A stretch of DNA of 64,000 nt, from assembly GCA_000092065.1 (NCBI GenBank), contig CP000587.1; one strand, given 5' to 3'. Shown one piece after another: positions 20,334-27,553 of the stretch. The position numbers were made by a program, and so were the translations under genes. Under the pieces are notes generated by a model. The model worked only from the letters and a program-made list of their open reading frames with translations. It ran no database searches and was not told the origin of the DNA. The DNA is from Ostreococcus lucimarinus. Taxonomy: Eukaryota. Every line of letters begins with the position of its first letter. The first letter of the stretch is position 1.

Positions 20334-20376
20334 TATTAAGCGCCGTCGGGAAATCGCCCGACCGCCGCGTGGAGTA

Positions 20377-20943
20377 TTAATCCATCAAGTATCCCGCGAT
20401 GAAGCACAAGAAGAAGAACGCCAGCGCACCGTAAATCAACTGCGACTTCTCGCCCTCTGTCATCGCGTTCGTCCCGAGCCCGTAGCCTTGGTTTTGCTCA
20501 AACCCCGCGACTTGCTTCCCGAGCGACTTGAACTTGACCTTCTCCGCCCCGCACGTCGGACAACGCCAGTCATCCGGCAAGTCCTTAAACTGCGTTCCCG
20601 CGCTCACGGGATAGAAATCGTCCCCAACTTTGGGCTTGTATTCGTACATGCAGCTCTGACACTGCCAGTCGCCCTGCCCGATGACGGCGAACTTTTCCAC
20701 CAAATCTGGGTTATCGCGGTTCAGCGCCCCCTTAGCCTCGCTCTGGTTCGCGAACATGTACTCATCGTCCTCTTCTCCCGCCTTCACCGCGACCGAGCGC
20801 GCCGCGCGCGCGTCCAGCGTCGCGCTTCGCGGCGCGATCGCGACCGCGCGCGCGAGGGATGACGTCGACGTGACTTTTCGCGCGTTCGCGGGCGCGAGAC
20901 GGGCGACTCGCGCGCAGCGCGCGCGCGCCATCGTGAGCGTCAT
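20377..20943 (-). CDS. Membrane-anchored rubredoxin (RubA/RBD1-like, plastid)
   Basis: Rubredoxin Cys pairs WQCQSC ... WRCPTCG. There is a transit-peptide-like N-terminus and a C-terminal hydrophobic anchor (LIYGALAFFFLCFIAGYL). Confidence 0.8.
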   Translation of the reverse strand: MTLTMARARCARVARLAPANARKVTSTSSLARAVAIAPRSATLDARAARSVAVKAGEEDDEYMFANQSEAKGALNRDNPDLVEKFAVIGQGDWQCQSCMYEYKPKVGDDFYPVSAGTQFKDLPDDWRCPTCGAEKVKFKSLGKQVAGFEQNQGYGLGTNAMTEGEKSQLIYGALAFFFLCFIAGYLMD

Positions 20944-21224
20944 TACGTTTGTTTCGTTCGCGCGCGAGCGGGGCGACGCGCTCGGGCGTGCGCGACGGCG
21001 TTTGCGGCCGAGACGCGCGACGCGGGCGGTGTCGATGAAGCGGCGCGCGCGGCGCGCGATGACATTTCGTCACAGCGCGACGCGTCGAGCGGTCGCGACG
21101 CGACGCGCGTCGACGAGGCGCGAAAACGACGCGCGCGCGATCGATCGCGCGGGTTCGACGGGCGCGCGATCGCGTCGTGCGAAAGAAACGCGCGATCGCG
21201 CGCGGGGGGAGATAACCGAAAGCC

Positions 21225-21908
21225 ATGCCGGGACGGACGTGGACGCGCGGTGACGCGACGACGACGGCGAAGGAGGCGGTGAAAACGAAACCGGCGGTGA
21301 AATCATCGCCCGCGCAAACTAAAAAGCGTCAAGCCACGTGGTCGCGCGAGGATGGTGAGGCGAAAAGAGGTGGAAATGGGAAAGAGGGGACGCAAGCGCG
21401 TCTGCGCGCGAGCGCGGCGGCGTTCGAACCGGCGAGCGCCAAGGCGCAGCGCGAGGCGCTGGAGGCGAAGATGAAAGCGGTGGAGGCGGAGAAGGCTAAG
21501 TTAAAGGCGGCTTTAGAGGCGGCGGCGGCGAAGAAGGCTCAGGACGCGCGAGAGAAGAAGGAAAAGGAAGAAGCCGCCAAGGCGGACGCGGCGAGGCGCC
21601 AGCGCGCCGCCGGGAACCTACTGAGCGGGTTTCGCGGCGTTCGCAAGCAGTGCGAAGAGCGCGTGGACGAGATCGCGAAGCCGGTGGAAAATTTATCGCA
21701 AGAAGAGATCGAGCGGCGCGCCGTGCAGCGCGTGGTGCTCGCCGGGACGGATTGGCAAGTCTTAGACTTGCCGCCGGGCTCGCAAAAGAAGTGGGTGACG
21801 AAGAGCTATCGCGAGCTCGCGAAAATTCTACATCCCGACAAGTGCGCCGCGCCCGGGGCGAAGGAGGCGTTTCAAAAGCTCAACAAAGCGTACAAGGCGC
21901 TGTCGTAG
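21225..21908 (+). CDS. J-domain (DnaJ-like) protein with a Lys/Ala/Glu-rich coiled region
   Basis: The C-terminal J-domain core is DWQVLDLPPGSQKKWVTKSYRELAKILHPDKCAAPGAKEAFQKLNKAYKALS (HPD motif). The domain ends at the stop codon, so it is short. Confidence 0.6.
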   Translation: MPGRTWTRGDATTTAKEAVKTKPAVKSSPAQTKKRQATWSREDGEAKRGGNGKEGTQARLRASAAAFEPASAKAQREALEAKMKAVEAEKAKLKAALEAAAAKKAQDAREKKEKEEAAKADAARRQRAAGNLLSGFRGVRKQCEERVDEIAKPVENLSQEEIERRAVQRVVLAGTDWQVLDLPPGSQKKWVTKSYRELAKILHPDKCAAPGAKEAFQKLNKAYKALS

Positions 21909-22004
21909 CGCGTCGACGAATGACGACGACGTTGTATTATTAACATAGAATCTCCGCAACTGTCGCGTCGCCGAGCGCCACTTCACCGCGCGCGTCGATC
22001 ACCG

Positions 22005-22616
22005 ATGTCGTCGCGCGCGCGCTCGAGCGACGACGATTTAGCGTCGCGGTTCGACGCTTCCGTGCGCGTGCGCGACGGCGCGCACGGTGACGCGATAGAG
22101 CGCGCTTTCAGCGTGCCCAAAGACTTCAATCAAGAATTAGAAACAAAGTCCAACGTCGAGTTGCGCGCGCTCATGACGGACGACGACGCCTTCGACGCGC
22201 TCTTAGCGTCCACGACGTGCGTGCGCGAGAGCGTGGCGTTCGTGAAGGAGTTGAAGGCGGAGATATCGCGCGCGTGCGATGATAACGAGGCGTTGGCGGG
22301 TGAAGTCAGAGCGGCGCAGACGCAACGCGCGCTGTTAGAGTCCACGGATCTACGTCGCGCCGAAGAGGCGTACGAGCTCGCGCGCGAAAACGTGTCGACG
22401 AGACGCGCAAACTACCCCACGCTCGCGCTCGCGATCGATCGCGCGCGGGAACGGGCGAGATCTCTAGAGGAGTCGTGTCGCGCGAGCGCCGCCGCGTTGG
22501 CGTCGACGCGCGGTCGCGTCGATCGAGACGATCTCGACGATTTCGTCCGCGCCTACGTCGAGCAAAAGACGACACAGCATAGATTAGACCTCACAGCCGA
22601 TATCGCGCAGGAATAG
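22005..22616 (+). CDS. VPS37-like ESCRT-I subunit (Mod(r) domain)
   Basis: The pattern SNVELRALMTDDDAFDALL ... NEALAGE ... LDDFVRAYVEQKTTQHRLDL matches my recollection of the Mod(r)/VPS37 C-terminal domain layout. Confidence 0.5.
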   Translation: MSSRARSSDDDLASRFDASVRVRDGAHGDAIERAFSVPKDFNQELETKSNVELRALMTDDDAFDALLASTTCVRESVAFVKELKAEISRACDDNEALAGEVRAAQTQRALLESTDLRRAEEAYELARENVSTRRANYPTLALAIDRARERARSLEESCRASAAALASTRGRVDRDDLDDFVRAYVEQKTTQHRLDLTADIAQE

Positions 22617-22624
22617 CTCGCGGA

Positions 22625-22629
22625 TGTAA
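22625..22629 (+). terminator. Candidate TGTAA poly(A) signal (VPS37-like gene)
   Basis: TGTAA 9 nt after the stop codon at 22614-22616. Confidence 0.3.
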
Positions 22630-22705
22630 CCCGACGATCGACGCTTCGCGCTCGCGAATTGCCTGGCGCGCCGCACACGCCGCCGCTCCATCGCCACCGC
22701 GCGTC

Positions 22706-23647
22706 ATGTCGCTCGACTGTCGCGCCGGCGCGCCGAGCGCGACGATCGCGTCGCGCGCGGCCGCGCGCGCGAGCCTGTCGCGCGCGTCGCGCGCACCGCG
22801 AGGCCGATTCTCGTCGCCGCCGACGGATAAGCATCGTCCTTTTTCGACGCCGCACCGCGCGTCGCGTCGCGCGCGCGCGATCGCGAACGACGAGGACGTC
22901 GCCGGGAACCCTTTTGAGCAGAGCTCGTCCGCGGCGGGCGAACGCAGGGCGCTTTTCAACGACATCGCGCCCGTGTACGATCGATTGAACGATGGGTTGT
23001 CGCTCGGGCTGCATCGCGCGTGGAAGCGCGCGGCGGTGAAATGGATCGATTGCTCGCCGGGCATGGAGGCCCTGGACGTGTGCTGCGGGTCGGGGGACGT
23101 GGCTATTAAAATGTCGACGTTCGTGGGCGCGACGGGACGGGTGACGGGGTTGGATTTCGCGGCGAATCAATTAAAGTACGCGGCGGAGAAGGAGCGAGAT
23201 TTGCGCGCGGCGAGCGCGGACGCGAGCGCTCGCATGGGGAAGATTACGTGGATCGAGGGTGACGCGCTGAATTTGCCTTTTGACGATGAGTCGTTTGATT
23301 GCGCGACGATCGCTTACGGATTGAGGAACGTGAGCGATATTCCACGGGCGATGGGGGAGTTGAGACGAGTGTTGCGTCGAGGCGCCAAGCTCGCGGTTTT
23401 GGATTTCAACAACCCGGAGGATCCCACGACGGCGGCGGTGCAAGGATTTATGCTGGATAACGTCGTCGTCCCGATCGCAGATCTCAATGGCGTCGCCGCG
23501 GAGTATAGGTACTTGCGTCCGAGCATCGAACGCTTCCCGCGAGGGCGCGAGCAGGTGAATTTGGCGCGAGACGCGGGTTTCAGAGAGGCTAAGTTTTACG
23601 AACTCGCTCCGGGCGGTTTGATGGGGTGCTTGGTGTGCACGAAGTAG
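22706..23647 (+). CDS. MENG: UbiE/MenG-family methyltransferase (demethylphylloquinone/menaquinone methyltransferase), plastid-type
   Basis: LFNDIAPVYDRLNDGLSLGLHRAWKR, the SAM motif LDVCCGSGD, IAYGLRNV, and YRYLRPSIERFP. The N-terminal presequence is long. Confidence 0.8.
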   Translation: MSLDCRAGAPSATIASRAAARASLSRASRAPRGRFSSPPTDKHRPFSTPHRASRRARAIANDEDVAGNPFEQSSSAAGERRALFNDIAPVYDRLNDGLSLGLHRAWKRAAVKWIDCSPGMEALDVCCGSGDVAIKMSTFVGATGRVTGLDFAANQLKYAAEKERDLRAASADASARMGKITWIEGDALNLPFDDESFDCATIAYGLRNVSDIPRAMGELRRVLRRGAKLAVLDFNNPEDPTTAAVQGFMLDNVVVPIADLNGVAAEYRYLRPSIERFPRGREQVNLARDAGFREAKFYELAPGGLMGCLVCTK

Positions 23648-23705
23648 TGGAATCTCGAGTACAGTAGAATGTTATTACGAGTATTATTGATTAGTCTACA
23701 ACATC

Positions 23706-25214
23706 TCACGGCGCGACGAGCGCGGCAAAATACAGAGGCAACACAAAATTGTCCGACACGCCCTCGACGGAGAGCTCAAAGAGCGCCGTGGCGACGCACG
23801 CGCCCGCGAGTTTCGACGCGGAAATATCGACGCCGACGTAGGACGCGGCGACGAAAGTACTCACTGCGAACGCAATCGCGCCTTCGAGCGTCTTGGACGA
23901 GCGCTCACCGAACACTTTGCGGCGTCCAATCGCGCCGCCGACGATGGAGGCGAAGCTGTCGCCGACGCCGAGCGTGAGCACGCCCGCCCACGGTACGAGA
24001 GATTTCGAGTCGCCGCTGAGCCACACCGGGACGGCGATGCCGAGGAGCAATGAAAAGTGATCCAAAATGATGAGCGACACCACGCCGTCGCCGACGAATT
24101 GCGCGAGAAGCACGCTGAGCTTCCAGCCGAAGAGCCCGTGGCCGTAGTAGGCGTCGAAGACGCGAGCGCACTCGACGCAGGCGAAGAGCGCGAAGGCGAC
24201 GGCAAAGGCGACGCGAATCAACTCACCGAGTCCGCTGTTCGGCATCAACGTTGGCGCGAACATGACGATGGCGAGGAAATGAAACGCCTTCCTGCGCATC
24301 GTGAGCGGCATCGCTCGCGCGTTGTACGCCACGCCGAGGGCGACGGCGAGACCCGTGCACCAGAGCTTCGTCAACGACGTCAAGGTCTCCATGTTCGTCT
24401 TCATCGTGTATCGCACCACACCGAGGATCATGTTACTCTTACCAGGATTACTCACGCGATAAAACCACTCGGGAACCGACAGCGCGAGGCTCAGAACGCC
24501 GAATTGCGTCGCCTTGCTCGCCGGCGTCGGCCAGCACACGAGCCGAGCGCTCGCGAGCAAAAGTCCGACGCCCGCGATCGCGAACGCGCCCGCCAACGCG
24601 CTCGACTCGGACGCGCGCGCTCTCGTCCCGACGTCGCGATAAATCCCCACGCACATCTCCATCACGCTCGCCGCACCGACGGACAGCAGCGTCGTCTCGC
24701 TCGGCGCCGCCGCCCCCGCGAGCCCCCACGCGCACGCGCGCGCGAACGCCACCATCACCGCATCCATCGCGAACGCCCCGCTCATCAAGCGCATGGCCAA
24801 CATCCACACCAAGGCACTTATAAACGTCTTCTTCTCGCTCGACGGCGTCCACGCGTCGACGTACGCGACGCTTCCCGCAGCGCTAAACGCCGTCGCCGTC
24901 GCTCGTCCCAGTCGCGTCCCCGCATTCGTCCCGGACACCGCACACAGCGCCCACACGGGCGCCATCGTCGCGTACGCGCTGAACGTGGACACTTCGGTCG
25001 ACGACGCGTCGCGCATCGTCCGTCGCATCGCGCCGAGCGCGGCGAATAGCATCAATCCGAGCGACATTGCGGCGTTCACAAAGTCGCCGCCATCCTTCAA
25101 TTCGACGCGTGACAGGTGCGCGTGCGCGACGATGAGCGTCGTGACGCCGACCACGATCGACGTGCACGACGCGTGTGCGTTTTGCGCGGCGTTCGCGCGC
25201 TTGGATGGGGGCAT
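23706..25214 (-). CDS. Dolichol kinase-like polytopic membrane protein (CTP-dependent polyprenol kinase family)
   Basis: About 500 aa with many hydrophobic segments. Strings: RKAFHFLAIVMF and the C-terminal GVGDSFASIVGGAIGRRKVFGERSSKTLEG. Length favours DOLK/SEC59 over the shorter phytol kinases. Confidence 0.55.
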   Translation of the reverse strand: MPPSKRANAAQNAHASCTSIVVGVTTLIVAHAHLSRVELKDGGDFVNAAMSLGLMLFAALGAMRRTMRDASSTEVSTFSAYATMAPVWALCAVSGTNAGTRLGRATATAFSAAGSVAYVDAWTPSSEKKTFISALVWMLAMRLMSGAFAMDAVMVAFARACAWGLAGAAAPSETTLLSVGAASVMEMCVGIYRDVGTRARASESSALAGAFAIAGVGLLLASARLVCWPTPASKATQFGVLSLALSVPEWFYRVSNPGKSNMILGVVRYTMKTNMETLTSLTKLWCTGLAVALGVAYNARAMPLTMRRKAFHFLAIVMFAPTLMPNSGLGELIRVAFAVAFALFACVECARVFDAYYGHGLFGWKLSVLLAQFVGDGVVSLIILDHFSLLLGIAVPVWLSGDSKSLVPWAGVLTLGVGDSFASIVGGAIGRRKVFGERSSKTLEGAIAFAVSTFVAASYVGVDISASKLAGACVATALFELSVEGVSDNFVLPLYFAALVAP

Positions 25215-25292
25215 GATGGCGAGCGAGAGGCGCGCAGTGAAGGCGAGTCGGTTGGTTGGCGGAGGCGTCGTATTTCAAGGCGGCGGCGAGTA

Positions 25293-26270
25293 CTAGCGAT
25301 TCAATCGTAACGAAGCGTGGAACTTTCGAACAGCTTCATAGTGCGCTTTGCGGTAAAACATTCTGTGCTCTGCCCATAACGGCAGGAATTCGCGCATGGA
25401 GATCTCGCCGCTTCGATGGAACACGAGCGCGACTTCGACGACGAATCGCTCGTCGGCGTCTGGTAAAACGACTTCTTTCAGCGCCTTGGCGTAAGGAGCT
25501 GAGTCTGGACATCCATGAGTGCACGCGTACTTCAAACACTCCAAATGTCCATTCGAGGCGGCATTATAGCACGTCAACGTGTTCCAAGGACACCCTTGCT
25601 CGTGCGCGTACTTCAAACACTCCAAATGTCCTCTCTTGGCGGCAGATGAGCACGTATTCTCGTCCCAAGGACACCCGTTCTCGTGCGCATACTTCAACAT
25701 CTCCAAATGTCCATTACGGGCGGCTCCCGTGCACGTCCACCGGTCCCAATGATGCCCGTGTTCGCGCAAATACTTCAAACATTCCAAAAATCCAAACTCG
25801 GCGGCGGTTGTGCACGCGTGGTTGCTGAATTTGCACCCATGCTTGAGAAGATATTTCATGCATTCCGTACTACCGTGCTCAGCGCAGACGTACAGTATCT
25901 TCAAACTCGTCGCTTCAAATCTACACTTACCCCAGGGGCACTCACACTCGTGCAAAAACTTCAAACGCTCAATCGAATCGTTTTTCACAGCATCCTGGCA
26001 CGCGTTCGCGCTCCAACGCTTCCACGCCTCTTTCGACACCACATCGCGACAAAGTCCCATCACTTCGGCGTCTCGTCGATCCAACGCGATGTCCGGCCCT
26101 CGCTGATTAAACTCCGAATCCACACGCTTCAACGCGTTCCGCACCTTCGCTTTCGCCCCCGGCGCGCCGCGATCGCTCGTCATCAACTCGCGCATCTTTC
26201 CGTACAGTTTTGCATCTCGCTTGTCTCGGAGGTGCCGAGATTTTCGCGTCGCGTCGTCGCCGTCCTTCAT
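25293..26270 (-). CDS. Repeat protein with 27-aa ankyrin-like GHLECLKYAHExGCPW repeats
   Basis: Five to six consecutive units, e.g. GHLEMLKYAHENGCPWDENTCSSAAKR and GHLECLKYAHEQGCPWNTLTCYNAASN. Confidence 0.65.
   Translation of the reverse strand: MKDGDDATRKSRHLRDKRDAKLYGKMRELMTSDRGAPGAKAKVRNALKRVDSEFNQRGPDIALDRRDAEVMGLCRDVVSKEAWKRWSANACQDAVKNDSIERLKFLHECECPWGKCRFEATSLKILYVCAEHGSTECMKYLLKHGCKFSNHACTTAAEFGFLECLKYLREHGHHWDRWTCTGAARNGHLEMLKYAHENGCPWDENTCSSAAKRGHLECLKYAHEQGCPWNTLTCYNAASNGHLECLKYACTHGCPDSAPYAKALKEVVLPDADERFVVEVALVFHRSGEISMREFLPLWAEHRMFYRKAHYEAVRKFHASLRLNR
25527..25960. repeat. Tandem 81-bp coding repeats (about 5 units, diverged)
   Basis: The motif gtacttcaaacactccaaatgtcc recurs at 25527 and 25608. 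Degenerate copies sit at 25689, 25770 and 25851, giving a period of 81 nt. Confidence 0.8.
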
Positions 26271-26390
26271 CGCGCCGTGCGCGTCCGCGCGTCCGCGCGC
26301 GTCGCGACGGCGTGCGTTCGCGTCGCGCGCGTCGTCGTCGTTCGCGCGCCGCGGACTCGTTCCGTCGCGTCGCGTCGCGTCGCGGAATGC

Positions 26391-26425
26391 CGTCTCGTCT
26401 CGTCTCGTCTCGTCTCGTCTCGTCT
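26391..26425. repeat. (CGTCT)7 microsatellite
   Basis: Seven perfect pentamers in the spacer upstream of the ankyrin-like gene. Confidence 0.9.
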
Positions 26426-26492
26426 CTCGGTCGCGCGCGCACCGGCGAAACGACGTTCACACTTCCCGGCGCACCGGCGCGCGCCGGCGACG

Positions 26493-26792
26493 ATGGACCT
26501 CGCGCGCGCGCGCGCGAGCGCGTACGAACGGTTACGATCGGTCGGGGCGTTTCGCGGCGACGACGCGACGCGTCGGGCGACGCGGGACGCGGACGACGCG
26601 ATCGAGTGGATTCAAAAGTCATTCAGACAGCTCGAGACTTTGAGCGACGACGACGAGGAGGAGGAGGAAGACGATGGACGCGCGGTGCGTCGCGCGTCGA
26701 ACGCGTCGCGCGTCGCGCGGTTCGCGTTGGTGTTTTGGTACGAGAGCGTGCGCGTGCGAAAGGGAGCGCGCGCGAGGACGCGCGAGGGGTGA
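26493..26792 (+). CDS. Hypothetical small acidic protein (99 aa)
   Basis: An ATG-initiated segment of ORF 25683..26792 (MDLARARASAYERL...DDDEEEEEDDG...). It fills an otherwise unusually long 614-bp spacer. I recognise no homolog. Confidence 0.2.
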   Translation: MDLARARASAYERLRSVGAFRGDDATRRATRDADDAIEWIQKSFRQLETLSDDDEEEEEDDGRAVRRASNASRVARFALVFWYESVRVRKGARARTREG

Positions 26793-26884
26793 CGTCGGGA
26801 CGCCTTCGGGACGACAAACGTCGAGGACGAGGACGCGCTCGCGTCAGTGCGCGACGACTCGCGATTTTCGTCGAGCGGGCTTCG

Positions 26885-27403
26885 ATGATCGTTGATGTGC
26901 CTCGCGACGCGCGCGCGAAGACGCGCGCGTGGGCGGTGGTGATCGTCGCGTTCGTCTTCGCGTCGAGCGCGGCGGCGGGCGTTCGCGCGTCCGAGAGCGG
27001 CGTCGGCGGCGCGCCTTCGGCGCGACGGAGTCTCGTCGACGTCACGGGGGCCGCGTTCTTCGACGTGTTCGGCTTCGAGCTCAGCGCGAGCGCGGCGTTC
27101 GATCCGATTTGCGAGTTTCTGAATCCGTTCCTGCATCCAGACTATCGGTTATCGGCGTGCGCCGAAGAGCAAGCCGCCGCGGCGGAATACGAGGACGAAT
27201 ACGAGGCGTACGGCGAAGGACGCGATCGCATCGTGATGGATCCAGAGGGCACGTTCGTGAATGGGGTCACCGGGAACGTCGCCGGCGGTATCGGCGGCGG
27301 CGGTATCGGCGGCGTCGCGGGCGGATCCGCGGGCTTCATCGGCGGAGGTCTCGGCGGCGTCGGCGGCGGCGTCGGCGCCGGACCGATCGGACGCCGACTT
27401 TAG
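26885..27403 (+). CDS. Hypothetical signal-anchored/secreted protein with a Gly-rich C-terminus
   Basis: ATG at 26885 within ORF 26210..27403. It has a hydrophobic signal-like stretch (WAVVIVAFVFASSAAAG), an acidic middle and a tail of the form GGIGGGGIGGVAGGSAGFIGGGLGGVGGGVG. Confidence 0.4.
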   Translation: MIVDVPRDARAKTRAWAVVIVAFVFASSAAAGVRASESGVGGAPSARRSLVDVTGAAFFDVFGFELSASAAFDPICEFLNPFLHPDYRLSACAEEQAAAAEYEDEYEAYGEGRDRIVMDPEGTFVNGVTGNVAGGIGGGGIGGVAGGSAGFIGGGLGGVGGGVGAGPIGRRL

Positions 27404-27420
27404 GACGGCGCGCGAAAAAT

Positions 27421-27425
27421 TGTAA
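27421..27425 (+). terminator. Candidate TGTAA poly(A) signal (Gly-rich protein gene)
   Basis: TGTAA 18 nt after the stop at 27401-27403. Confidence 0.3.
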
Positions 27426-27487
27426 AACAGTGATTCTTTGTGTCATCAGCGCCGCGAACTTCGCCAAACGAAAATGTTAATCAGTTA

Positions 27488-27492
27488 TTACA
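27488..27492 (-). terminator. Candidate TGTAA poly(A) signal (EF-G gene)
   Basis: TTACA on the + strand, 62 nt downstream of the EF-G stop (27554-27556) in gene orientation. Confidence 0.3.
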
Positions 27493-27553
27493 CGAATGAA
27501 TGTTGAGCTAAAAGCGAAGACGCAAGCGCGGGTGAAGCGGAAAAGGAAGTCTT

